Source: Deinococcales bacterium (GTDB taxonomy: Bacteria; Deinococcota; Deinococci; Deinococcales; JAAFIG01). From it: a stretch of DNA of 64,000 nucleotides. Positions 1-9,387 of the stretch are shown here, piece by piece. Under the pieces are notes generated by a model. It was not told where the DNA came from. It did not search any database and worked only from the letters and a program-made list of their open reading frames with translations. A program made the position numbers and the translations under genes. Where the stretch lies: positions 13,910 through 77,909 of the forward strand of contig JAYWGM010000080.1 in assembly GCA_043778225.1 (NCBI GenBank), given 5' to 3'. Each line of letters begins with the position of its first letter. Within the stretch, counting starts at the first letter, position 1.

Positions 1-203
1 ACCAATTGATTTTGCTGGGTGCGGGGCAGATGGTTTTCTATCGGCTCGAGAATTCGCACAAAATCCTGATGTTGTTGAAGATTACGGGCTAAACGCAGTA
101 CAGAAGGCAATGATTGTGCCAAGGCAAACCAGTTTTTTGTCTGAATCAATTTTTTGCATTGACTAAAATACTCATTCCATTGAAGACTGGTACTGATTCG
201 CAT
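1..203 (-). CDS. 5' part of a CDS running off the window, probably a helical/TPR-type transcriptional regulator (MRISTSLQWNEYFSQCKKLIQTKNWFALAQSLPSVLRLARN...)
   Basis: Open frame from the ATG at 203 to the window edge. Amphipathic helical N-terminus, 49 nt downstream of a small secreted-peptide gene. Function is inferred only. Confidence 0.55.
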   Translation of the reverse strand, partial: MRISTSLQWNEYFSQCKKLIQTKNWFALAQSLPSVLRLARNLQQHQDFVRILEPIENHLPRTQQNQL

Positions 204-212
204 GATTGGTAG

Positions 213-244
213 TGTAGCGCCAAAAGTAAGCTCTTGGCGCTACA
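213..244. terminator. 11-bp perfect inverted repeat between the peptide gene and the downstream CDS (terminator or mRNA-stabilising hairpin)
   Basis: TGTAGCGCCAA (213-223) / TTGGCGCTACA (234-244); no long U-tract. Confidence 0.55.
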
Positions 245-252
245 GTGTGGCA

Positions 253-387
253 TTAACCGCCAGAGCCACCACCAGGGTCATCCCCAGCCATCAACACAGG
301 GGTAGGGTTGGAGATGACTGTATTTGGAACTGCCACCACCGCTAAGAGGAACACCGCGACCAGAACTTGAACGACACGCTTGAACAT
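253..387 (-). CDS. Small secreted peptide precursor, 44 aa: MFKRVVQVLVAVFLLAVVAVPNTVISNPTPVLMAGDDPGGGSGG
   Basis: AAGGAG RBS 5-6 nt upstream of ATG; basic N-region plus hydrophobic core (signal peptide); below the ORF-track cutoff. Confidence 0.8.
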   Translation of the reverse strand: MFKRVVQVLVAVFLLAVVAVPNTVISNPTPVLMAGDDPGGGSGG

Positions 388-541
388 AAAAACTCCTTTC
401 GAGTGGCTGTAAAACCGCTCGAAGGTGAGTTTCGTTGGCTAGTGCGTCAAATCGTGACGTGGTAAAAATACCCCTTGGGATACTGGTCGTATCTGGGGCA
501 TTGAATTAACAACATCATTTGGTTAGCTTGGATTCAAGCCT

Positions 542-766
542 TTATTTCTTGACTTCTTCAAAGACTGGTACATCGCCTAGCAATGGCTCGAGTCCAGCGT
601 ATCGGCGTTGCCAATGCTCGAGTCGGGCGTGTTCGGATTGGCTGGGCATAACCGCAAGATTATCGGGGCTGTTATCGGTCTTATCCCCATTTTTGTGATG
701 CACCACTTCTCGAGGCTCGAGGTCACGCCCCGTTCTGGTTGCAATACTTTTGGCTCGAGCAAAGTG
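542..766 (-). pseudogene. 5'-truncated HNH endonuclease remnant
   Basis: The frame continuing after the cupin stop reads GRDLEPREVVHHKNGDKTDNSPDNLAVMPSQSEHARLEH, an HNH_3-type HH-x-N-x-D-N-NL-H motif. No start codon or RBS upstream of the motif. Confidence 0.75.
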
Positions 767-1204
767 CTACAAGAATTGCAGTCCGTAATGCTGCCCGAGG
801 GCTTGGATTTGCTGCGCCGAGGCTCGAGTTTCAAGAAGTTCTTGTAAGTCCAAAAAATACTGGGCTAAACCGCCAGGATTTAAGATAAGAATAGCTCGAG
901 CCTCTAAAGAATTGGTGTTGGAAAAACAATGCACAGCCTTAGGTTCGATGGTTACGGTCTGACCAGCCGTAGCGACAAGGGTTTGATTGTTGATTACAAA
1001 ATTTATTTCTCCGTGCAGTACCACAAAAGTTTCTCGTTCTCGAGTATGAAAATGCAAATCACTATTCGCGCCAGCCCCAAGGCTTATCTCAAGGATACTT
1101 AAATCATCAGTCAAGAGCTTAATCTCGAGTTGAATTGCGCCTAAGTTGATTTTTAGCCACTTTTGGTCATTTTTTGGTGCTGGAATCATACCTAAGCGTA
1201 GCAA
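767..1204 (-). CDS. Cupin domain protein
   Basis: HFHTRERETF...PKAVHCFSN cupin motifs; start uncertain (ATG at 1189 is likely). Confidence 0.85.
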   Translation of the reverse strand: MLRLGMIPAPKNDQKWLKINLGAIQLEIKLLTDDLSILEISLGAGANSDLHFHTRERETFVVLHGEINFVINNQTLVATAGQTVTIEPKAVHCFSNTNSLEARAILILNPGGLAQYFLDLQELLETRASAQQIQALGQHYGLQFL

Positions 1205-1250
1205 AAAACTATGGACTGATGCGTCGTGCTATCAGTGCAATCTCACCTCT

Positions 1251-1520
1251 GATGCCACTGGATTAACCACCGCCGCCATAACAGGCTTGAAACCAAAAAA
1301 CTGGTAAACGCACCCGACACCCAACAGACCGAAGGCAAATTATTCTCGAGCCACTGCCCGAAGCCAAAAAAAAGTAGCCGCCCTGTACGAACCGCTCAGA
1401 CAAGGTATGATGACCTTGACTAATTCGTACAGCGATGAGCAATTAGCCATCATTGCTGATTATCTCGAGCGAGCCACAACGGTGATTGTTGAAGCAACCG
1501 AGCAACTTAAAGAAATCTAA
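1251..1520 (+). pseudogene. MarR-family regulator remnant with several frameshifts
   Basis: Pieces in different frames: ATGLTTAAITG / LETKKLV / KRTRHPTDRRQIILEP / VAALYEPLRQGM...YSDEQLAIIADYLER. Breaks fall in A-runs and the N-terminus is missing. Confidence 0.75.
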
Positions 1521-1547
1521 AAACTCGAGCCTAGGATTAACTATTTT

Positions 1548-2264
1548 ATGCCTACCTTTGAACTGGACTACTTAAATCCCGATTCCGATTTTGTGGAAAG
1601 CATTTGGCGTTCAGAAAGCGAGGAGGCAGGGTCATTTACTTCAGTAGCAACTACGCGGTCTGAAATGGTTTTCACACGGCATCAGGGTGTGACTACCCTG
1701 CATTTGCGAGGACCAGAAACCAAAGCGACCTTAGCCGATGCTCCAGCCAATGCAGAATTCTTTGGAATTACTTTCAAACTTGGGGTGTTTATTCCAGATT
1801 TACCGCCAATTGCACTGGTAGACCAACATCCTAGGCTGACCCTAGCTACCAAGCAATCGTTTTGGCTTGGAGACCAGCAGGTTGCCTTACCGCAATTTAG
1901 CCAAGCCAATGATTTTATACAACACTTAGAACGCCAGAAATTGATTGGCTATGAACCACTGGTGGATATGATATTGCTTGGGCAACTCGAGAAAACAAGG
2001 ATCAATCCAAGAACTTTGCAACGTCGTTTTCAGTATGCCACGGGTTTATCACACCGTACTGTCAAACAAATCGAACGCGCTCGAATTGCTTTGGGTTTGC
2101 TCGAGTCTGGCGTACCGATTTTTGACGTGATTCACGAATTAGAATTTACTGACCAACCGCATCTAACCAAAACCTTAAAAGAACTGATTGGCTTAACCCC
2201 AGCCCGAATTGCCAGCATGGAATTGATTCATTCTCAACTCTCGAAACAAGAATTAAAGAGATGA
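1548..2264 (+). CDS. AraC-family HTH regulator (DUF6597-like N-domain)
   Basis: RTLQRRF...TGLS and FTDQPHLTKTLKELIGLTP AraC motifs. Confidence 0.9.
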   Translation: MPTFELDYLNPDSDFVESIWRSESEEAGSFTSVATTRSEMVFTRHQGVTTLHLRGPETKATLADAPANAEFFGITFKLGVFIPDLPPIALVDQHPRLTLATKQSFWLGDQQVALPQFSQANDFIQHLERQKLIGYEPLVDMILLGQLEKTRINPRTLQRRFQYATGLSHRTVKQIERARIALGLLESGVPIFDVIHELEFTDQPHLTKTLKELIGLTPARIASMELIHSQLSKQELKR

Positions 2265-2265
2265 A

Positions 2266-2285
2266 TGTCGTTTTGATACAAGACG
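2266..2285 (+). promoter_or_regulatory. Probable operator for the adjacent AraC regulator
   Basis: TGTCGTTTTGATACAAGAC sits immediately after the AraC stop and upstream of the next gene, resembling the GTC-N-TT-N-TACAA motif seen with this regulator type. Confidence 0.5.
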
Positions 2286-2349
2286 CAAAGCAACCACATC
2301 AATATACTTTTCCTTGAGGGTAAAACAACCTCAACCAAGGAGAACAATC

Positions 2350-2916
2350 ATGCGAACATTAAAACTGCAAGTACAAATCTCGGTGGATGGCTTTATCACT
2401 GGCTTAAATAACGAAATGGATTGGATGGAGTTCAATTGGGGCGATGACGCAAAAAAATATGTTGATGATTTAACAAAATCCGTGGATTGTATTGTTCTTG
2501 GGCGTAAACTTGCCCAAGGATTCATTCCGCACTGGGCAGCCGTGGCAGCTAATCCAGAGAACCCCGAAGTTTTGGCTGGACGCAAACTTACCGACACACC
2601 AAAAGTCGTGTTTTCTAAAACCCTAAAAGAATCAGTTTGGGAAAATACTGTGGTTGCCAATGGCGATTTACTCGAGGAAATTAGTCGCTTAAAGCAACTG
2701 AATGGTTCGGATATAATTGTCTATGGTGGTGCGACCTTTGTTTCAGCCTTAATTAAGGCTGGTCTGATTGACGAACTGCATTTGTTTGTTAATCCTGCGG
2801 CAATCGGACAGGGGAAACCTATTTTTGCCGAGTTGCAAGCCAAGCAAAATTTGAAATTACAAAAAGCCACTGCCTTTGATTGTGGGATTGTGGTTCTGCA
2901 TTACACCTTAAATTAG
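2350..2916 (+). CDS. Dihydrofolate reductase / RibD C-terminal family protein
   Basis: ISVDGFI, LGRK, YGGATFV, GLIDELHLFVNP motifs; AAGGAG RBS before ATG 2350. Confidence 0.9.
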   Translation: MRTLKLQVQISVDGFITGLNNEMDWMEFNWGDDAKKYVDDLTKSVDCIVLGRKLAQGFIPHWAAVAANPENPEVLAGRKLTDTPKVVFSKTLKESVWENTVVANGDLLEEISRLKQLNGSDIIVYGGATFVSALIKAGLIDELHLFVNPAAIGQGKPIFAELQAKQNLKLQKATAFDCGIVVLHYTLN

Positions 2917-2923
2917 TGGGTTT

Positions 2924-2968
2924 CGAGGAAAAACTTGTGTCACACGAAGATAGCACAGGTTTTTTCTC
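2924..2968. terminator. Hairpin terminator between convergent genes
   Basis: GAGGAAAAACTTGTG...CACAGGTTTTTTCTC. Confidence 0.55.
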
Positions 2969-3008
2969 GAGCCACCTTTCATACCGAATTAACATCATCG
3001 CTCATCAT

Positions 3009-3839
3009 TCAGTAGACCGCCGCACCAACCAAGCCAGCATCTGCCCCTAACTCGGCTTTAACGACCTCGAGTTTTGACCACGGCTGCCCAAAACGCAACA
3101 AATGGGCTTGAACCCGCTCGAGATACCCTGTTGCCAGCCCAAGCCCGCCGCCAATTGCCGCCCGTTCAATCCCCAGAATTGCCCGTAAATTTGCCAAAAG
3201 TCGCGCCACTCGTGCTGCACTATCCTCGAGATTTGTAAGGGCGATAACCTCTCCTCTATTGGCTCGAGTGACGAGTTCCTTTGTTCCATCCCAAGCGTGT
3301 TCTCGAGCAATTTTATCGAGTGCCGACCCACTTGCCAAATACTCGAGCGGTATGTTGGCATCGGTCAGGGTAAAGCCAAATTCGGCATGGAGTCCGTGTG
3401 GCGTTAAATGCAGGTTTGAATTGATGATTAAGCCACCGCCAATACCCGTCGAGACCGTCACAAAGGTAAAATCTCTTGTGCCACGCCCAGCCCCAAGCAC
3501 AAATTCGCCCCATGCCGCCGCATCGGCATCGTTGAGGACTTTGGTCTCGAGCGTGGTGCGCTGCTTGAGCCATGCCGCTACATTTACGCCATCGTGCCAA
3601 TTGTGCAGCGTTTGGTTATTGAGGGCAGTCACCACGCCATTGGCAACACTGCCACAAGCTGCAACGCGAATGGCTCGAGCCGAGGACAGCTTAGGGCGTA
3701 AAAGTTCAAGGCAAGCCGTTAAAAGACTTTCGGGTGTTCGGTCGGTTGGCGTTGGGGTTTCTGAACGCTCGAGCAGTTGTGTACCATCCCAGAGGGCAGC
3801 CGAGAGTTTTGTACCGCCAATATCAAGGGTGAGAATCAT
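3009..3839 (-). CDS. ROK-family sugar kinase (NanK/glucokinase-like)
   Basis: LDIGGTK, NDADAAAWGE, VSTGIGGG motifs. Confidence 0.9.
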   Translation of the reverse strand: MILTLDIGGTKLSAALWDGTQLLERSETPTPTDRTPESLLTACLELLRPKLSSARAIRVAACGSVANGVVTALNNQTLHNWHDGVNVAAWLKQRTTLETKVLNDADAAAWGEFVLGAGRGTRDFTFVTVSTGIGGGLIINSNLHLTPHGLHAEFGFTLTDANIPLEYLASGSALDKIAREHAWDGTKELVTRANRGEVIALTNLEDSAARVARLLANLRAILGIERAAIGGGLGLATGYLERVQAHLLRFGQPWSKLEVVKAELGADAGLVGAAVY

Positions 3840-4018
3840 AAATTTAGCTCAAATCCCGAATAATCTTTTTCGCAATAAGTTTCGTTGATTTCACGATGGC
3901 GTGGCACGGCTTGCAGAACACCCGTCCGCGGATTGACATACCAATCATGATTTCCACCATGTCGTAACAATCCACAACCCATAGACTCGAGCATACGAAT
4001 GAGGTCGCGTTGTTTCAC
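3836..4018 (-). CDS. hicA: HicA-family toxin with a +1 frameshift near the C-terminus
   Basis: MKQRDLIRMLE...RHGGNHDWY...VPRHREI; the canonical-looking tail LIAKKIIRDLS* is in another frame. Confidence 0.8.
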   Translation of the reverse strand: MKQRDLIRMLESMGCGLLRHGGNHDWYVNPRTGVLQAVPRHREINETYCEKDYSGFELNL

Positions 4019-4209
4019 GCCAAAACCAATTCTTCGACTTTGCGAACTCCTGGTAATTCTCCACTGGTCAAATCAAGATACAAGGAACGCAGCATTTCAC
4101 GTAATTCTTCAAGTGATTCACCTTGCGTCCAGTAATCTGGATAGCTTTCAAAATAACCAAGCCAGTGGGTTTTATCAAACCAATAGACAATTCGAGCAGA
4201 AGGTTGCAT
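4015..4209 (-). CDS. hicB: Short HicB-like antitoxin
   Basis: WLGYFESYPDYWTQGESLEELREML motif; its stop overlaps the hicA start codon. Confidence 0.8.
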   Translation of the reverse strand: MQPSARIVYWFDKTHWLGYFESYPDYWTQGESLEELREMLRSLYLDLTSGELPGVRKVEELVLA

Positions 4210-4351
4210 GACTCGAGTTTAGCAAAAAATTCGACCATTGAAGTTTGAGCCATTCTGATAAAACCATAATAGACCTTAGCTTGTATGCAGCGTGAGTTTT
4301 TACCCAAGATATTGTATGCTGCCAAGCGAGTACGACACTCTGGAATTTTAG

Positions 4352-6037
4352 ATGCAGACTTTTTCCCAGTACGCCGCAACCCGTTTGCTGCGCGAGCATC
4401 CGGCTCGAGCGCAAACCTTTGGTGGCATTGCGATTAAGACTGGCAGTATCCAAACCTATGCGGGCATAGACCTGATTACTGGAATGCCCGTTTTTATTTA
4501 CACCATGCCCGAAAAGCCCAATGCAATTCCAGAAGTCTACAGCGAGTTTATCCCGACGATTCTCGAGCTTGGTTTTGAACACGACCTCGGCTTTGTGGTC
4601 ACGGGCAGCGCTCCGGGCTACACCCCGATCAAACCAGTTTTGACCCAACAGCGCCTTGAGTGGTTGGTGCGCTCGAGCAGCCGTGCGATTGCCGATGCCC
4701 ACAGCGTTGGTTTAATACACGGCAACCTCGAACCAAGTCATTTTCTAGCCTGCGGCGACCATTTACTGCTCGAGGGCTGGGGCTTACCGTGGGGAACTGC
4801 CAGCCCAGATTATCAAGCCCCAGAAACCAATATCTCCTTAGCGACCGATGTTTTTGCGTGGGCAAGAAGCATCACGATGTTTGGCAAAGGCAAACCTCGA
4901 GTCATGCTCGATGGTGAATTTGGACGCTTGGTCGGGCATTGCCTTAACCCGCGCCCGTCGGAGCGCCCAACCGCCCAAGAATTGGTCTTGGCACTCGAGC
5001 AAGTCTTGCCACCACGCAATCCGACCATCCCAGACATTGCCGAAACCGCCCTCGAGTTATCTGCTACCGAATTTCTCGAGACCGATACCAACACCAGCAA
5101 CCCAATTAAACGCACCAAGCCGCTCGAGATTCCAATTAAAATCCAAACCAAATCCGAACCAAGCACACGCCACAACAAACCAGAATTGCCTGTTTTTGTT
5201 GTTCCGTTGCCTGTCGAAGAACCTATTCTAACAGCTGTTGAAGTTGCTCCAGTCTCAAGTGTTGAAGTTACTCCAGTCTCAAGTGTTGAAGTTACTCCAG
5301 TCTCGAGTGTTGAAGTTGCTTCACCAGAAGCCAAACTTGATGCGATTGAAGCCGAGTTGTCAATAAAAACAATTCCAGAAGCACCCGAACACCTCGAGCC
5401 TCTCCAACCACAAGCAGAACCAATTCTCGAGGTCTTACAGCTGCCAATCAGCCCCGAAATTCAGCCACAACCCGAGCCAGCCCAATTGAGCGAACCCGAA
5501 CACTTGGCAGCCGATGAACCCGATGTTCAATTGCCCAGCCGAGCCTCGAGCCGCATCACCGACGACAGCGATGCCGATGCACCACGCCCAGCCATCCGTA
5601 TTGGATTTGACGAAGAAGACCAATCTTGGCGCAGTGTCGTGACACCACAAAAAGCCCGTTCGCCGATTGGGCGTTGGATTATTATTGCCGTGCTGATTGG
5701 CTTGGTCATTGTTTTGGCTGGCATATTCTTGAGTCAACCCAAGCCAATCAGCGCCACCCCAAGACCAATCAATGTTCTAGGCGACCCCTCGAGTGGCAGT
5801 GTTGTGACTTTTAACTTGCGCGGCAGCGAGGGCATCAAAGGGCGTTTGATTATTGTTAGCGCCCCAAATAGCAGCAAATTAGCCGTTGGGGCATTGCTCG
5901 CCACTGTGCCAGGACCTGTGGCATTTCCAGTCAGTGGCGAGTACCGAGTCCGCATCGAAATACCCAACTACGACCCCAGTGAAATTACTGTTCGCGTGCC
6001 ACAAGAAACCCAAGTCAATCTCGAGTTGCCACGATGA
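4352..6037 (+). CDS. Membrane-anchored Ser/Thr kinase-like protein (probable pseudokinase) with Pro/Glu-rich linker, TM helix and C-terminal beta domain
   Basis: IHGNLEPSHF, EGWGL, YQAPE, DVFAW, CLNPRPSERPT are degenerate Hanks motifs; TM WIIIAVLIGLVIVLAGIFL. Confidence 0.75.
   Translation: MQTFSQYAATRLLREHPARAQTFGGIAIKTGSIQTYAGIDLITGMPVFIYTMPEKPNAIPEVYSEFIPTILELGFEHDLGFVVTGSAPGYTPIKPVLTQQRLEWLVRSSSRAIADAHSVGLIHGNLEPSHFLACGDHLLLEGWGLPWGTASPDYQAPETNISLATDVFAWARSITMFGKGKPRVMLDGEFGRLVGHCLNPRPSERPTAQELVLALEQVLPPRNPTIPDIAETALELSATEFLETDTNTSNPIKRTKPLEIPIKIQTKSEPSTRHNKPELPVFVVPLPVEEPILTAVEVAPVSSVEVTPVSSVEVTPVSSVEVASPEAKLDAIEAELSIKTIPEAPEHLEPLQPQAEPILEVLQLPISPEIQPQPEPAQLSEPEHLAADEPDVQLPSRASSRITDDSDADAPRPAIRIGFDEEDQSWRSVVTPQKARSPIGRWIIIAVLIGLVIVLAGIFLSQPKPISATPRPINVLGDPSSGSVVTFNLRGSEGIKGRLIIVSAPNSSKLAVGALLATVPGPVAFPVSGEYRVRIEIPNYDPSEITVRVPQETQVNLELPR
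5237..5320 (+). repeat. 24-bp in-frame tandem repeat, 3.5 copies (VEV[A/T]PVSS)
   Basis: GTTGAAGTTRCTCCAGTCTCRAGT x3 plus a partial copy. Confidence 0.95.
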
Positions 6038-6066
6038 AGCTCAATCTCGAGTTGCCACAATGAAAC
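6015..6066 (+). repeat. 26-bp tandem duplication spanning the kinase stop / NUDIX start junction
   Basis: TCAATCTCGAGTTGCCACGATGAAGC followed by TCAATCTCGAGTTGCCACAATGAAAC. Confidence 0.9.
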
Positions 6067-6560
6067 ACGACAAAGCCAGCCGAAAAACCATTTACCGTGG
6101 GAAAGTCTTAAATCTGCACCTCGATAACAATTATTGGGAAATTGCCGAACACAAACCCGCCGTGGCAATTTTGGCAATCCAAGACAACAAAATGCTGCTG
6201 GTGCGCCAATACCGAGCGCCACTTGAGGATTTTACGCTCGAGCTTCCGGCTGGTTTAATCGAGGCTGGCGAAGATGTACTGACGGCAGCGGCTCGAGAGT
6301 TTGCCGAAGAGTGCATGATGGGCGGCGATTTGAGTTTACTGAGTCGTTTCTATGTTTCACCCGGTTTTTGCGACGAACTGGTACATTTGGTACGCGCTGA
6401 AAATCTGCGCCCAGCTTACGGCATTCCCGACGACGACGAAGAGATTACCGTTGTGTTTTTAAGCCCCCAAGAACTCTTGGCTGGCGCTCGAGATGGCACT
6501 TTTAAGGTTTCCGCGCCAACCATTGCGGCAGCCTATTTGCTGCTTTCCGAAGGGCTGTGA
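6060..6560 (+). CDS. NUDIX hydrolase (ADP-ribose pyrophosphatase-like)
   Basis: LVRQYR, ELPAGLIEAGE...AAREFAEE Nudix box, SPGFCDE. Confidence 0.9.
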   Translation: MKHDKASRKTIYRGKVLNLHLDNNYWEIAEHKPAVAILAIQDNKMLLVRQYRAPLEDFTLELPAGLIEAGEDVLTAAAREFAEECMMGGDLSLLSRFYVSPGFCDELVHLVRAENLRPAYGIPDDDEEITVVFLSPQELLAGARDGTFKVSAPTIAAAYLLLSEGL

Positions 6561-6637
6561 TTAGAAATTATCGGTAGACCGAGCCTACACACTCGAGTTT
6601 CCTTAGCCGAGCCACCAGTCATGCTATAATTTTTAAC

Positions 6638-6883
6638 GTGAAAACAGCAATTTCAATTCCAAATCAAACATACCAAGATGCTGAACGAATTGCCGTAAAA
6701 TTGGGGTTAAGTCGCAGTGCTTTATACACCAAAGCAATTGAAGAATTTATTTCTCGCCAACGAATTCAAAGCATTACTGACCAACTCAATACAGTTTACA
6801 ATGAAACCGACTTGACCCTCGAAGAACAAAACTTTACTCGAGCCGCCGCTCAAGAGGGTCTAAAAAGCGTGTCATGGCAATAA
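6638..6883 (+). CDS. RHH antitoxin (ChpI/MazE-like), orphan
   Basis: MKTAISIP...LGLSRSALYTKAIEEF...ITDQLNTVY; TATAAT upstream of the GTG start. Confidence 0.75.
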   Translation: MKTAISIPNQTYQDAERIAVKLGLSRSALYTKAIEEFISRQRIQSITDQLNTVYNETDLTLEEQNFTRAAAQEGLKSVSWQ

Positions 6884-6893
6884 AATTTCATAC

Positions 6894-6927
6894 AAAAAAC
6901 GAGGCAAACATTGCGCTTGCCCCGTTG
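6894..6927 (-). terminator. Rho-independent terminator of ilvC
   Basis: Minus strand: AACGGGGCAAGCGCAATGTTTGCCTCGTTTTTT. Confidence 0.75.
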
Positions 6928-6940
6928 CTCGAGCTTCAAT

Positions 6941-7987
<1,047 letters not shown>

Positions 7988-8082
7988 TCAGGATTCCGAG
8001 ATTTGGTATACCTTTGAGCATAACAAGATTTGCGGCAAAATTCGAGGTTTTTGCCCCGTTTCTCGAGAATGAAAGGAAATTG

Positions 8083-8628
8083 ATGCCAGATAAAATCCGA
8101 CCCCAATACGAAAGCCTTGGTGTAGAAGGCTATTACCAAACCCACGGCGCAACTTATCGCAATCCACACGAGAAACAAATCCATGTGCTGCTCGAGGATT
8201 TTCGGACTGAACTTGACTTCACAAAAGTCTTGGATTTAGCCTGTGGCAGTGGCGAAGTCAGCCTTAAATTGCTCGAGTTTGGAGCGACTGTCAGTGGCAT
8301 AGACCCATTCACCGCCGAGGCATACCACAAACGTACTGGCTTGGTTGCCGAGCCAATAACCTTCGAGCAAATTAGCGACGGGATACTCGAGGAGCGGCAG
8401 TACAGTTTAATCGTTTGCAGTTTTGCCTTACACCTTGCGGCGCAATCAAAATTAGCCGTGCTGTGTTACCAGTTGGCGCGTATCAGCCCAAGTTTACTGA
8501 TTTTATCACCGCACAAACGCCCAATTCTAAAACCCGAGTGGGGTTGGGAACTGCATAGCCAAAAAAGTTTTGAACGGGTTAAAGGAAGGCTGTTTAGATC
8601 AGCATTTCTCGAGCCAGAGTCGGTTTGA
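8083..8628 (+). CDS. Class I SAM-dependent methyltransferase
   Basis: VLDLACGSGE motif; AAGGA RBS before ATG 8083. Confidence 0.85.
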   Translation: MPDKIRPQYESLGVEGYYQTHGATYRNPHEKQIHVLLEDFRTELDFTKVLDLACGSGEVSLKLLEFGATVSGIDPFTAEAYHKRTGLVAEPITFEQISDGILEERQYSLIVCSFALHLAAQSKLAVLCYQLARISPSLLILSPHKRPILKPEWGWELHSQKSFERVKGRLFRSAFLEPESV

Positions 8629-8664
8629 CCAAACATTTCATCTATTTTGTGGTCAAATAGAGCC

Positions 8665-9330
8665 ATGAAATTGCTTTTGGTGCTGACCTCGAGTTTGCTG
8701 GTCTTTCTTGGTTGGGTTTTGGCGCAACCGACAGGTGTCAATGGTGAATGGGTCGCCAAAGCCGTCAATCGAACCATCAGCTTAAAAATCGAAGAAGCGG
8801 CTGGGCTGGTGACTGGCACACTCGATGGCATGGGCGAAACTTTTCGACTGAGTGGGCGCTTAACTGGCTTCAAAGCCGAAGGCACGGCGACCAGCGCCAG
8901 TGGTGAAGCCTATTTTTCTTTTGAAGTCAAGCAGGATACGCTCAGTTTGACTTTGGCAAATTTTGACAGCCAAGGTAAGCCAGACTCGAGCAGTGGCGTG
9001 ACGGTGGTTCTCGAGCGCGATTTTGGACCCAAAGCCCAAGCCGGATTTAGCGTCCCCGGTTTTGCTCCACCGCCCGAAGACCCTTTAATTGCCACATGGC
9101 GCAATGCTAATATTATTTTAACCCTAAAAAGCAATGGCGCAAATAAATACACTGGCACAATCGAAATCTCAAAGCAAAAAGTTGCCATCACGGCTGCTGG
9201 CAATCATATGAACCTCAAAGGCAGCTTTAAGTTGGGCAAACAGAATAAGGCTTTTAGCGCCAAACTCGAGAGTGACCGCCTTAAATTTATTTTGGATGGT
9301 AAAACCCAGACGCTTGGGCGGGCGCGTTGA
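8665..9330 (+). CDS. Secreted hypothetical beta-rich protein
   Basis: Signal peptide MKLLLVLTSS...VLA; long ORF. Confidence 0.7.
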   Translation: MKLLLVLTSSLLVFLGWVLAQPTGVNGEWVAKAVNRTISLKIEEAAGLVTGTLDGMGETFRLSGRLTGFKAEGTATSASGEAYFSFEVKQDTLSLTLANFDSQGKPDSSSGVTVVLERDFGPKAQAGFSVPGFAPPPEDPLIATWRNANIILTLKSNGANKYTGTIEISKQKVAITAAGNHMNLKGSFKLGKQNKAFSAKLESDRLKFILDGKTQTLGRAR

Positions 9331-9387
9331 ATTCAGTAAACGGTTACGGTAGTATGCGTGCCGCCTAATGGCAATTTGGAGGAAATT

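Noticed and set aside
577..847. ORF-track entries 577..834 and 608..847
   Set aside because: Shadow frames of the HNH remnant and cupin end
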